Below, piece by piece: positions 7,670 to 17,564 of a DNA stretch of 64,000 nt; the stretch's first letter is position 1; the number at the start of each line of letters is the position of its first letter. The translations under genes were made by a program, and so were the position numbers. The notes below the pieces were generated by a model. The model saw nothing but the letters and a program-made list of their open reading frames with translations. It ran no database searches and was not told the DNA's origin. Source of the DNA: Oscillospiraceae bacterium (GTDB lineage Bacteria; Bacillota; Clostridia; Oscillospirales; SIG627); the NCBI GenBank assembly GCA_015063985.1, contig SVTC01000008.1:8324-72323 (forward strand), in the 5' to 3' direction.

Positions 7670-10267
7670 TTAACTCCTTTCGATTTTATTCTTTCCCGTC
7701 CTATCCTGCTTAAAGGCAAACAATCCCACCAAAGCGGAAAGTGCCGCACCGCACAGAGCACAGACGAGAGCTATAATAACCGTGACAAGGTCAGGTATAG
7801 CTTTTATATTATTATTTACAGAGGGCATTATTACAACCAAAAAGATAATGGCTGCAATCCCAACTGCCGATCCGACGCCGTCCCACAGATTAAAAACAGG
7901 CTTCACCGTTGAAGCTTTAAGAGAAAATCTGACAAAAAACGCCGAAGCAAAAAGACAGATCACCGCACAGCTCTGAGAGAGACCGGGGATCGACGTATAA
8001 TAAAACACGGTCCTGTATGCTATAAGCGTGGCAAGGCTGCAAAGCACGGCGCAGCATGCCGCCACCCCTCCGCAAAGCAAATAGCTTTTCCTTTTTAAGC
8101 AAGCTCCGCCCTGCACCGGAGGTTGAGCGGCTATGGAAAGCACCGCACACTCCCCAAGACAGAGTCCGAAAAGGATCAAGGCACAGGGACTTACCACCGT
8201 GGTGCCGAAAAAGCCCAGAGAAAAGAAGGTGAGAACCGCTATAAGAGCCTGAATAAACACACTGTAAACAAGCATGCTTTCAATATTTTTTCTTATAGCC
8301 CCCGCCGCCTTCACAGAGGCGTAAACACCCTCAAAGCCGCGCTCGGAAAGCAAAACGTCCGCATTATGTCTTACGCAGATGCTTTTCGATCCCGCGTAGG
8401 CAAAGCTTACGTCTGCCTCCGACTGAGCTATGGATGAATCAAGAGAATCGGTAACCGATGCGGTAACGTCACCCGAGGAGTTTCTCAATCTCACCAGATC
8501 CCGCTGATTGGCAGGATCAAGACCGCAGAACACCTTATATTTATCAAGATCTGCGATAAAAAGACCTCTGTCGACCTTATTATACTCCGCATCGTCCATT
8601 GCAAACTGCTTATCCCCCGGTCCGATCATCCCAAGTCCCTTGGCAAGACCAAAGCCCGAATGCTTACTGTCGGAGGTTATAAGCAATACGTCTATACCGT
8701 CCTTAACGCAACGGTTGACCGCCTCCGCGGCCGCCGCTCTGACCGGGGTATATACCCCCACAAAGCCCAAAAAGGTCATATTCTGCAGGCAGGCGGGAAA
8801 TTCCTTTGCCAGGGCATCGCTAACGTCCAGCACCGCAAGAGCGGTAACGTATTCGCCTCCCACGGCTATTCCTCTTGCGGTATCCATAAGCCTGAGCTTT
8901 TGGGTCTCGTTGATAAATACGGTCTCCCGCTCCTTTTTCAGATAACCGCACCTGGGAATAACGCTCTCGGGACTTCCCTTCACTATAAATCTGCAACTGT
9001 TGTTACGGGAGCAAAGCACAGCCGAGAAGCCGATCTTAGGATCGTAATCATATCTTGTGAAAACACCCAGCGCCTTCTCGCTTCGCTTCTGCTTCAGTCC
9101 AAGACTCCTGCAGGCGTTTATTATGGCGGGATCCACCGCTCTTCTGTTCCAGGTGGGAGAGGTCTTGGTGCAGCAGACCATCATATATTCCAGAAGCTCA
9201 CGGGAATATTTGGGTCTGTCGGAAAATTGATATGGGCAATCGTCTACAAGGTAGCTTCCCACGACGGGATTCTTTTCAAGCATAAAGCTATCGGAATGGA
9301 CGCTTATGCAATTAACGGAGGAAAGCTTATCTATAGCCGCATAGTTTTTCAGTATCACTCCCCTTTTCATAAGGGATGACACCTGCATGGCAACGCAAAG
9401 CTCGCTTAAAAGTCTCACGCTCTCCGGCATTGCGGCGATCACCGGCACCAGAGCGTAATAGAACATATCGAAAATATTCTTTCCAGCCAGAACTCCCACC
9501 GCAAATATAAGAAAGCAAGCCGGGATCCAGATGAGGCTTAAATATTTCCCCAGCCTTTTCGCAACGGAATGGACCGCCGGCATCTGCCCCTGAGAGCGCT
9601 TTACGTTTGAATTAACGGAGTCGAAAAGATTCTTGCCCGTGTTACAAACAAGCACCGTAGCACTCCCGCTGAGAACCACCGTTCCCGCAAAAAGAATGCA
9701 ATCAAAATAGGGGTGCTTTTGCTCGCATACCTCGTGATAGTCGCGCTTTATAACGGCTTCGCACTTTCCCGTTACGTTTGCCTCCAGGACCTTGAGATAG
9801 CGCTTTTTCATAATAATTCCGTCGCAGGGGATTATTTCTCCCCTCTCAAGGAAAAGAGTATCTCCCGGTACCACTCGAGAGGAATCCAGAGGGCAGAATT
9901 TTCCGTCTCTCTTTACCCTGCTCTTCACCTGAGAAAAGCTTTTCACCTTGTCGAGGACCTTGTCAACATAAAGGCTGACCCCCACCGTGAAGATGAGGTA
10001 TCCGCACACGGTAACAAAAAGGCTTGCGGTTATATCCGCATCGGGATATGCGATTGCAACGTATAAGCTTATAAGAACAAATATCCAAAAAATGGCATCC
10101 GAAAACACCCTTTTGAAAAAACGGAAGGGCTTTTTCAGCTTTCCCGAGTAAACGTTTGGCCCGAATTCCTTAAGATTGCGCGCAGCCTGCTGAGAGCTTA
10201 ATCCGATCTCATCGTCGGCTCCGAGAACGCTTTTAAGTCTTTCGGGATCAACTTCAAGCAAATTCAT
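7670..10267 (-). CDS. P-type ATPase homologue with degenerate catalytic motifs (probably not a phospho-enzyme pump)
   Basis: Cation_ATPase_N-like GLSSQQAARNLKEFGPNV, PGD..L..GE.IPCDG, KGSPES and 8-10 TM segments identify the family. TGES is TGKCE. DKTGT is HSDSFM. TGD is TSD. GDGVND is TDSLDS. The ORF is intact at 865 aa. Its ATG overlaps the Clp stop (ATGA at 10267-10264). Confidence 0.8.
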   Translation of the reverse strand: MNLLEVDPERLKSVLGADDEIGLSSQQAARNLKEFGPNVYSGKLKKPFRFFKRVFSDAIFWIFVLISLYVAIAYPDADITASLFVTVCGYLIFTVGVSLYVDKVLDKVKSFSQVKSRVKRDGKFCPLDSSRVVPGDTLFLERGEIIPCDGIIMKKRYLKVLEANVTGKCEAVIKRDYHEVCEQKHPYFDCILFAGTVVLSGSATVLVCNTGKNLFDSVNSNVKRSQGQMPAVHSVAKRLGKYLSLIWIPACFLIFAVGVLAGKNIFDMFYYALVPVIAAMPESVRLLSELCVAMQVSSLMKRGVILKNYAAIDKLSSVNCISVHSDSFMLEKNPVVGSYLVDDCPYQFSDRPKYSRELLEYMMVCCTKTSPTWNRRAVDPAIINACRSLGLKQKRSEKALGVFTRYDYDPKIGFSAVLCSRNNSCRFIVKGSPESVIPRCGYLKKERETVFINETQKLRLMDTARGIAVGGEYVTALAVLDVSDALAKEFPACLQNMTFLGFVGVYTPVRAAAAEAVNRCVKDGIDVLLITSDSKHSGFGLAKGLGMIGPGDKQFAMDDAEYNKVDRGLFIADLDKYKVFCGLDPANQRDLVRLRNSSGDVTASVTDSLDSSIAQSEADVSFAYAGSKSICVRHNADVLLSERGFEGVYASVKAAGAIRKNIESMLVYSVFIQALIAVLTFFSLGFFGTTVVSPCALILFGLCLGECAVLSIAAQPPVQGGACLKRKSYLLCGGVAACCAVLCSLATLIAYRTVFYYTSIPGLSQSCAVICLFASAFFVRFSLKASTVKPVFNLWDGVGSAVGIAAIIFLVVIMPSVNNNIKAIPDLVTVIIALVCALCGAALSALVGLFAFKQDRTGKNKIERS

Positions 10268-12555
10268 TTTTCTTCCTTACTCAGATCCACGCAGAGTGTG
10301 CCGCCTTCAAGGCTGAGCTTAACACCCACGGGACGGTAATTATAAGCACTGATGATCTTCTCGGCGATAAGATCCTCGACCTCGGTCTGCATATAACGTC
10401 TGACGTTTCTTGCGCCGTATTTTTCACTGAAGGAATTGACGGCTATATGCTCTACACAGTCCTCATCGAATTCAAACTTCATCCCCTTCTCCTCCAGAGC
10501 GAGCCCCAGATCCTTAAGCTGGATACGGGCAATAAGCCTGAACATATCTATGCCCAATCTGTTAAAGGTGATTATCTCATCCACACGGTTTATAAACTCC
10601 GGTCTCAGGAACTCATTGAGGGCAAGCTTTGTCTTTTCGCTGTCGTCCTCAAGTGCGGTCCTGTTGAAACCGGTAAGAGCCGCCTTTATATTGCTTCCCG
10701 CATTGGTGGTCATAATAATGACGGTATTTTCAAAGTTTACCTCCTTGCCGTGAGCGTCGCTGATGCGGCCGTCGTCAAGGATCTGCAGGAGGATATTCAT
10801 AACGTCGGGATGCGCCTTCTCGATCTCGTCGAAAAGAATGACGGAATAGGGCTTTCTCCTTATTTTCTCGGTGAGCTGACCCGCATCGTCGTAGCCGACG
10901 TATCCGGGAGGAGAGCCTATTATCCTGCTGACTGCGTGCTTTTCCATAAATTCGCTCATATCAAGCCTTATCAACGCCTCGGGGCTATTGAAGAGCAAAG
11001 ACGCAAGCTGCTTCACAAGCTCGGTCTTTCCCACGCCCGTGGGACCTGCGAATATAAAGGATACCGGTTTTCTCTTATATGCCACTCCCGCTCTGGAGCG
11101 CTTTATCGCTCTGCAAACGCTGTCTATAGCCTTATCCTGTCCCACTATACGCTCCTTGAGCTTGGAGTCAAGATTGGAGATACGGTCGAACTCGTTTTCG
11201 GTAATATTTGCCGCGGGGATATCGGTCCAGCTCTCGATAACGTCGGCAAGGTGGCCTTCGGTAAGCCTTATGCTCTCCCTCTCCTTGGTAAGAGAGGTAT
11301 ACTCACCGACAAGCCTCATCTCGCTGACCTTAAGATCGGCTATTCTTGCATAAACCGAATCGTCGGGCGCAGTGTTTTGCTCCTCCTGCTCTCTTTGGGC
11401 TCTGACGCTTGATATCTCGTCCTTGAGCTCTTCGATGCGGTTTATTACGGGATCGGTAAGGGAGAGCCTTGCCGCCGCCTCGTCAAGAAGATCTATCGCT
11501 TTATCGGGAAGATATCTGTCCTGGATATATCTTTCGCTCATTACAACGGCACGTCTGACAACGGGCTCGGGGATCACTATTCCGTGGAACTCCTCGTAGT
11601 AGCCCTTCACACCGGAAAGTATTGCTATTGCCTGCTCCACGGAGGGCTCCTTGACCATAACCGGCTGGAAACGCCTTTCCAAAGCCTGATCCTTTTCGAT
11701 ATGCTTTCTGTATTCGGTAAGAGTGGTCGCGCCGATGACCTGGATCTCTCCTCTGGAGAGGGCGGGCTTTAAGATATTTCCCGCATTCATTCCGCCCTCC
11801 GCATCGCCTGCGGAAACGATGGTATGCACCTCGTCTATGACAAGAATGATATTGCCTTCCTTCTTGACCTCCTCTATAAGACCTCTTAAACGATTTTCAA
11901 ATTGACCTCTGAACTGTGTGCCCGCAACGAGGGCGGTAAGATCGAGAACGAATACCTCTTTGTTTTTCAGTCTGTAAGGAACGTCGCCGTCAACTATCTT
12001 CTGTGCAAGAGCCTCGGCAATGGCTGTTTTTCCAACGCCCGGCTCACCTATCAGACAAGGGTTGTTCTTTTGTCTGCGGCTGAGGATCTGTACGACCCTT
12101 TCAAGCTCCTTATCCCTGCCCACTATTCTGTCTATCAATCCGTTTTTCGCCTTTTGGGTAAGATCGAGGCAGAAGTTTGAAAGCATCTTTCTGGCATTCT
12201 TCTTTTCCTGATCGGGCTTTTGCTCCTTGGATCCCTTATCCCTTTTCTCGGAGGGCTGAGAGGGCACCACGGAGCCGCCGCCGTTCATTCCCTGCAGGAA
12301 CTGCCTTAAGTCCAGCGCGGGAGTCGTGGTATCGTCGCCCTCGCCGAGCTCACCCATCATCTGGGTCATCTGCTCCTCCAGCTGCTCCAGATCCTCGTCG
12401 CTGAGCCCCATTTTCTCAATATAATCGCTGAAGGGCTTTATCTTGAGCTCCTTGGCGCACTGTATACAAAGCCCCTCACTGGTCACCTTATCTCCGCTGA
12501 TCTTGTTGATAAAGAGAATCGCGGGGCGTTTATTGCATCTTGAACAAAGCTTCAT
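10264..12555 (-). CDS. Clp/Hsp100 AAA+ ATPase with two nucleotide-binding domains and an N-terminal zinc ribbon (ClpE/ClpC-like)
   Basis: CSRCNKRPA...CIQCAKE zinc ribbon. Walker A GEPGVGKT and GPTGVGKT. Also DEVH/FDEIEKAH, SPPGYVGY and a short middle coiled coil. Confidence 0.9.
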   Translation of the reverse strand: MKLCSRCNKRPAILFINKISGDKVTSEGLCIQCAKELKIKPFSDYIEKMGLSDEDLEQLEEQMTQMMGELGEGDDTTTPALDLRQFLQGMNGGGSVVPSQPSEKRDKGSKEQKPDQEKKNARKMLSNFCLDLTQKAKNGLIDRIVGRDKELERVVQILSRRQKNNPCLIGEPGVGKTAIAEALAQKIVDGDVPYRLKNKEVFVLDLTALVAGTQFRGQFENRLRGLIEEVKKEGNIILVIDEVHTIVSAGDAEGGMNAGNILKPALSRGEIQVIGATTLTEYRKHIEKDQALERRFQPVMVKEPSVEQAIAILSGVKGYYEEFHGIVIPEPVVRRAVVMSERYIQDRYLPDKAIDLLDEAAARLSLTDPVINRIEELKDEISSVRAQREQEEQNTAPDDSVYARIADLKVSEMRLVGEYTSLTKERESIRLTEGHLADVIESWTDIPAANITENEFDRISNLDSKLKERIVGQDKAIDSVCRAIKRSRAGVAYKRKPVSFIFAGPTGVGKTELVKQLASLLFNSPEALIRLDMSEFMEKHAVSRIIGSPPGYVGYDDAGQLTEKIRRKPYSVILFDEIEKAHPDVMNILLQILDDGRISDAHGKEVNFENTVIIMTTNAGSNIKAALTGFNRTALEDDSEKTKLALNEFLRPEFINRVDEIITFNRLGIDMFRLIARIQLKDLGLALEEKGMKFEFDEDCVEHIAVNSFSEKYGARNVRRYMQTEVEDLIAEKIISAYNYRPVGVKLSLEGGTLCVDLSKEEK

Positions 12556-12564
12556 TAATAACGC

Positions 12565-13149
12565 TTATCCTTTCCTTTGAACACTTTCGTTACCCATAGC
12601 CAATTTTATGCTTCTTCGGTAACTTATATAATACATAACAAAAGTTAAAAGCATACTGATGATGACCACCAGGCTCATTATATCGCATACGGTCGCGGAA
12701 ATAACCCCGGACAAAAAGGACACCACCAAAACCTCAACGTAAAGCAGGAAGGTGGTCAATTTTCCAAACCACATACTCATAACGTATACCTTCGCCTTTA
12801 CAACTATAACGTAAGCACCGAGGATCATCAAAAGCTCCTTTAAAAGAGCAACTATGGCAAGAGCCACAAATCCGCCGCCCCATCTCGTGGCAAGCAAGAT
12901 CAGTGCGGCAACCTCGATAAGCTTATCGGCAAGGGGATCCAGAAGCTTTCCTATATTGCTGACCCAATTGTTTTTTCTGGCAAGATAGCCGTCGAGAATG
13001 TCGGTAGCTCCCGCAAGCACAAATACCGCACCCGAATAATAAAGCCTATCGGGAAAAAACGCCAAAAACAGATAAATATATACGGGAATAAGCAATATTC
13101 TGAAAACAGATAGAATGTTGGGAATGTTTTTCTTTTGAAATATCTTCAT
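12565..13149 (-). CDS. pgsA: CDP-diacylglycerol--glycerol-3-phosphate 3-phosphatidyltransferase
   Basis: CDP-alcohol phosphatidyltransferase motif DGYLARK......GKLLDPLADK. Multi-TM, 194 aa. Confidence 0.85.
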   Translation of the reverse strand: MKIFQKKNIPNILSVFRILLIPVYIYLFLAFFPDRLYYSGAVFVLAGATDILDGYLARKNNWVSNIGKLLDPLADKLIEVAALILLATRWGGGFVALAIVALLKELLMILGAYVIVVKAKVYVMSMWFGKLTTFLLYVEVLVVSFLSGVISATVCDIMSLVVIISMLLTFVMYYISYRRSIKLAMGNESVQRKG

Positions 13150-13191
13150 TTTTTACGGCCTTAAGCTTTCTCCTTATATTGATTATACTTC

Positions 13192-13929
13192 TTAATGAAT
13201 GTTACCGACCAGCTCTTTTATGGCATCAAAGCCGACAAAAAATCTGAAAATAAGTGTTTTATCAAGAGTTACGTTTTTGAAAAAGGGGTTATCCATATTG
13301 GCAAGATAGGGTAAAAGCTGAGCTATGACGGTGCATACCGCAAAGCAGGCGATAACACCCGTGACCGCACCCAGCACCGCCCCCAAAAGCTTGTTGGGAA
13401 GCTTCAATATCGGAAGACTGAACACTCCGTCAAGCAGGGAAACTATGATCTTTAAAATGATAATGGCGGCTATATAGATCAGGATAAACGCTATAGCGCC
13501 CGATATGACCGCACTTACCGGGGAAGCGAGGCTCTTTCCCAATTCCGCAACGTAATCAACCTTTCCGGTAGAGGGCTGCGACGTTGAAAGCTCCTTCAAG
13601 GCCTCGGGAACGTCAAGTCCCATTCCCGACAAAAACTCCGAAAGCTCTTGGGGAGCGTTGGTTATAAATTCCTCCACTGACTTGATGCTTTCGTTTGCGC
13701 CGTCGGGAGCGTAGATCTCCAGCTGCTCGGTCACGGCTCCCTCTACAACGGGAGAAACAAAAGCGGAATCGATAAGACCGCCGACGGTGGGGGTAAGCAC
13801 GAAGGCAAGCACGAGAGCGATTATTCCGCTCACAAGCCCCATTATACCTTTAATAAAGCCCTTCTTATATCCCACCGCTATACACAGTGCAAGAATGGCA
13901 ACAACGATAAGATCGAGAATAATGTTCAT
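13192..13929 (-). CDS. cvpA: CvpA family membrane protein
   Basis: N-terminus MNIILDLIVVAILALCIAVGYKKGFIKG and four TM helices typical of CvpA. Confidence 0.75.
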   Translation of the reverse strand: MNIILDLIVVAILALCIAVGYKKGFIKGIMGLVSGIIALVLAFVLTPTVGGLIDSAFVSPVVEGAVTEQLEIYAPDGANESIKSVEEFITNAPQELSEFLSGMGLDVPEALKELSTSQPSTGKVDYVAELGKSLASPVSAVISGAIAFILIYIAAIIILKIIVSLLDGVFSLPILKLPNKLLGAVLGAVTGVIACFAVCTVIAQLLPYLANMDNPFFKNVTLDKTLIFRFFVGFDAIKELVGNIH

Positions 13930-13952
13930 ATTGTCCTCCCATTTATTATAAA

Positions 13953-15149
13953 TTATGTTTGTTTATCCAAAACCGTAAGATCGGCGCCAAAGGAATTAAC
14001 AAGGACACAGGAGCCTTCTCCCGTCACGAAAAGCTGGGTATATTCTCCCTCAACGGTGTAGCTTTCAATTTCTCCCGACGAGGTATCTAAAACAAGGATC
14101 GCATCCGTGCACAAAAGATACACGCAGTCTTCGAATTTAGACACGTCAACTATCTGCTTATCCACAGAAAACTCCGCCGCCTTGCCCTTTTCCTTATTGC
14201 AGAAAAGCACCTGCCGTGCGCCGCCCACGGAGTTATCGTCCAGAACGAGCACAGCACCGTCACGGAAAAAGCCATACATTCCAAGACTCTCGGAGCTGTA
14301 TTTTACAGAGGCAAGCTCGGTTCCGTCGTAGGACACAAAGTGCAATGCCACGTCGGTCATAAGCATAGCGCAGTCCTCGGTCGCGTAGGTCTTAAGAGGC
14401 ATTTCCCCCGGAAAGCTTACCAACGCCGAGCTTTCCTTATCGTTAACGGAGAAAAACAAAAGATCCGTTATAAAATCCCCGTTCTCCGCCCTCAGTGCCG
14501 CAACGCAAAGCTTATCGGAATTATTATCCGCCAAGGCCACGTCACTGACGTACTTATCCGCACTCAGCCATTTGAAGATCTGCTGGGAAGCACTGTTATA
14601 AACGTAGACCGCACTGTGATAGTTCTTTTCGCTGGTGGCAACGGCGTAATTACCCATATCGTTTACGTCTCCGCAGAAGATGGGATATTCATAGCTCTGC
14701 TGCCACACAAGGGAAAAGGAATTATAAAGCCTTGCTGTCTTCCCTCCCAGATCGTAGCAAAAAACGTATCGGGAGGAAACGTTCAAAGACGGCTCCGACA
14801 TACTGAAGGTATCGTTATAGACCTTACCTCCCGAAAAGTCGAAGACCTCGAAATTGTTTTTATTCAAAAGCACCAGATCGTTTCTGTATATCCCCGCGGT
14901 GCTTCCCGAGGATTCCGCACTGTCAAAGCTTATGTGCCCCTGCTTTCCCGCAAGGTCACCGCTTCCGATATCGATATATTTAATAAGGTATCTGAAGTTT
15001 TCAACGGTTATATCGTCCTTGAATACCGCAAGTCCGCCCAGAATAAACACAAGGCAAAGTCCAAGACAAATAAACTTATAGTAGCCAAAGCCGCGGGATA
15101 GGTTTCGGTATTCCTTTTCGGATACCTGCCACTGCCCTGAATTATCCAT
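13953..15149 (-). CDS. membrane-anchored beta-rich protein (DUF5711-like), hypothetical
   Basis: Single N-terminal TM (YYKFICLGLCLVFILGGLAVF) followed by about 340 aa of repetitive beta-strand-like sequence. The family name is from memory. Confidence 0.5.
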   Translation of the reverse strand: MDNSGQWQVSEKEYRNLSRGFGYYKFICLGLCLVFILGGLAVFKDDITVENFRYLIKYIDIGSGDLAGKQGHISFDSAESSGSTAGIYRNDLVLLNKNNFEVFDFSGGKVYNDTFSMSEPSLNVSSRYVFCYDLGGKTARLYNSFSLVWQQSYEYPIFCGDVNDMGNYAVATSEKNYHSAVYVYNSASQQIFKWLSADKYVSDVALADNNSDKLCVAALRAENGDFITDLLFFSVNDKESSALVSFPGEMPLKTYATEDCAMLMTDVALHFVSYDGTELASVKYSSESLGMYGFFRDGAVLVLDDNSVGGARQVLFCNKEKGKAAEFSVDKQIVDVSKFEDCVYLLCTDAILVLDTSSGEIESYTVEGEYTQLFVTGEGSCVLVNSFGADLTVLDKQT

Positions 15150-15165
15150 AGCGCCTTCTCCTTTT

Positions 15166-15906
15166 TCAGTATTGGACCTCCCAAAGATACAAGCCTCCCG
15201 GAGGCGCGGTAAAGCCCGCGCGGGTCCTGTCCAGAGAAGCTATAACGGCGGGGATATTATAATCCTCGTCCTGAGAATACTTAATAAGCGTTCCCACCAT
15301 TATCCTGACCATATTATACAAAAATCCGTCGGCAGTGACCGAAAAGACCAGATCCTCGCCGTCCTCAAAGGCACGGCAATCAAAAACCGTGCGCACCGTA
15401 TCCCTTATATTGGAGCCCGCTGCCATAAAAGCGGCAAAATCCTTTTTACCGATGAAATACCTGCATCCCTCAATAAACCTTTTATGATCCAGAGGTCTGT
15501 TCCAGAAAAGGCACTTGTCTGCTCTGAAGGGATCCCTGAGCTGACTGTGGCGGATGTAATATCTGTAAGTCTTATTCTTAACGTCATAGCGTGAATGGAA
15601 ATCATCTTTTACTATCTCGGCGCTTATGACCGATACGGTCTCCGGCAAAAGACAGTTAAGAGCAATCGGAAGCTTATCAAGAGGAATAAAGGTATCCACG
15701 TCCATATGGCAAATAAAACTCCTGGCGTGGACTCCCGCATCGGTGCGGCTGCAGCCGTGAAGCTCAACGGGCTTTTTATAAAGCTTTTCCAAAGCCTTGA
15801 GAAGAGTCCCCTGCACGGTCACGGCGTTATCCTGCACCTGCCAGCCGTGAAAGGACGTGCCGTCGTATGCCAAACAAAGCTTTATACGCACTCTCACACA
15901 CCCCAA
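15166..15906 (-). CDS. truA: tRNA pseudouridine(38-40) synthase
   Basis: LAYDGT.FHGWQ.Q and GCSRTDAGVHA (catalytic Asp) motifs. Confidence 0.9.
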   Translation of the reverse strand: MGCVRVRIKLCLAYDGTSFHGWQVQDNAVTVQGTLLKALEKLYKKPVELHGCSRTDAGVHARSFICHMDVDTFIPLDKLPIALNCLLPETVSVISAEIVKDDFHSRYDVKNKTYRYYIRHSQLRDPFRADKCLFWNRPLDHKRFIEGCRYFIGKKDFAAFMAAGSNIRDTVRTVFDCRAFEDGEDLVFSVTADGFLYNMVRIMVGTLIKYSQDEDYNIPAVIASLDRTRAGFTAPPGGLYLWEVQY

Positions 15907-16712
15907 ACCTTAACGGTACTTAAAAAATAAAGGGCAACACCGAGGGCGATCCAAGCCAGCATAAAGAGCCAATCCTTAAACGAGAGCTTCAATACCCGCA
16001 TCTTCGTTCTTCCCTCTCCGCCCGTATAGCAACGGCACTCCATTGCAGTGGCAAGATCGGTCGCCCTTCTGATGCTGCTGACCAAAAGCGGTATCAGCAC
16101 GGGAAGCAAAGCCTTTGCACGGCTTAAAAGGGAGCCCGTTTCAAAATTTGCCCCTCTTGCCTTCTGGGCACTCATTATCTTATCCGTCTCCTCTATAAGA
16201 GCGGGAACGAATCTGAGCGCGATGGTCATCATCATCGCAAAATCGTGAACCGGAACGTGAAGCCTCTTCAATGGAGACAAAAGACTTTCTATGGCATCAC
16301 AAAGAACGTTGGGGCTCGTGGTATAGGTGAGAAGAAGAGTGGTGCCCATAACGAGACTTATTATACGGATGGCAATAAACAGCGCCGCCCAAAGCCCCTC
16401 GGCACAGATCCTGATAAAGCCAAGCTCCACCAGCACCCTTTCCCCGGCAGTGAAGAATATATTAATTACGCCCATAAAAACGGTGATAAACACCACGGGC
16501 TTGAGACCCTTCAGGATCACCTTTAAAGATATTCCCGACAAAAAGCAAGCCAAAAGCACAAAGGCGGCAAGAAAAAGGTACGCCAGCAGTCCCGATGCCA
16601 TAAAAACGGCAACGGCAAAGATCAGCATTGAAACTACCTTCATTCTCGGGTCAGCCTTATGCAGCAGTGAATTTCCCGGGAAATACTGTCCCAGAGTAAT
16701 ATCCGTAAGCAT
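15894..16712 (-). CDS. ecfT: energy-coupling factor transporter transmembrane component
   Basis: DPR.K, the ARG..FE coupling motif (QKARGANFE) and its position after two EcfA genes. Confidence 0.9.
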   Translation of the reverse strand: MLTDITLGQYFPGNSLLHKADPRMKVVSMLIFAVAVFMASGLLAYLFLAAFVLLACFLSGISLKVILKGLKPVVFITVFMGVINIFFTAGERVLVELGFIRICAEGLWAALFIAIRIISLVMGTTLLLTYTTSPNVLCDAIESLLSPLKRLHVPVHDFAMMMTIALRFVPALIEETDKIMSAQKARGANFETGSLLSRAKALLPVLIPLLVSSIRRATDLATAMECRCYTGGEGRTKMRVLKLSFKDWLFMLAWIALGVALYFLSTVKVWGV

Positions 16713-17564
16713 TTATTCTTTTATCCTTGAAATTATTTGTTGGTAGGCATCCTCAGCGGTATATACACCGCAGTCCACCTCAACTCCCAACGTCGAAAGC
16801 TTATTCATAAATGAGGTGACCCAAGGTAATCCCAGACCCGAGGAGCGTATAAGCTCGCTCTTTCCGAATACCTCGGCAACACTTCCCGAGCAAAGCACTC
16901 TTCCGTCCTTGAGGACCACCAGCTCGTCAGCGTATTTTGCCATATCCTCCATAGAGTGGGAGATTATTATGACCGTCTTTCCCTTTTTCCTTTGATAATC
17001 CTTAATACCCTTGAAGATCGCTTCCCTTCCGCCGGGATCCAAGCCTGCGGCAGGCTCATCGAAAACTATAATATCGGGATCCATTGCCATAACTCCGGCA
17101 ATGGCCACCCTCCTCTTCTGACCGCCCGAAAGCTCAAAGGGACTTTTTTGAAGAAGCTCCTCCGAGACGCCTGCGAATTCGGCCGCACTTTTGACAAGAG
17201 CATCGATCTCTGCGTCGCTCTTTCTCATATTCTTCGGGCCGAAGGCTATATCCGCATACACCGTCTCCTCGAAAAGCTGATATTCGGGATACTGAAAGAC
17301 AAGTCCTACACGAAATCTTACGTTTATTATCGATCCTTTATCCTCCCAGATATCCCTGCCGTCTATAAGCACCCTTCCCGAGTGGGGCTTGTTCAAGCCG
17401 TTAAGAAGCTGGGCAAGGGTAGATTTTCCCGAGCCGGTGTGGCCGATAATCCCCGTGATCCTTCCCGGAGTAAAGCTGCAGCTTACAGAATCCAAGGCAT
17501 CCTTTTCAAAGGGGGTACCGATACCGTATTTATAAGAAACCTCTTCAAGACGAAGCTCTGTCAA
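16713..17564 (-). CDS. ecfA: energy-coupling factor transporter ATPase (A' component)
   Basis: Walker [10 protein letters not shown], signature LSGGQKRR and Walker B IIVFDEP. Second of the tandem ECF ATPases. Confidence 0.9.
   Translation of the reverse strand: MTELRLEEVSYKYGIGTPFEKDALDSVSCSFTPGRITGIIGHTGSGKSTLAQLLNGLNKPHSGRVLIDGRDIWEDKGSIINVRFRVGLVFQYPEYQLFEETVYADIAFGPKNMRKSDAEIDALVKSAAEFAGVSEELLQKSPFELSGGQKRRVAIAGVMAMDPDIIVFDEPAAGLDPGGREAIFKGIKDYQRKKGKTVIIISHSMEDMAKYADELVVLKDGRVLCSGSVAEVFGKSELIRSSGLGLPWVTSFMNKLSTLGVEVDCGVYTAEDAYQQIISRIKE

Noticed and set aside
7670-10267. P-type ATPase as a decaying pseudogene.
   Set aside because: The 865-codon frame is uninterrupted and is translationally coupled on both sides. 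TM segments and non-catalytic family motifs are preserved. Loss of only the catalytic residues points to a retained, repurposed protein. This remains an inference and is flagged in the findings.
10436-12404. Several plus-strand ORFs (up to 321 aa) inside the Clp ATPase gene, and similar antisense ORFs in the SBP gene at 4783-5442, in fucI at 34383-35993 and in the propeller gene at 46426-47235.
   Set aside because: All are antisense to genes with strong homology signatures, and their translations look like noise.
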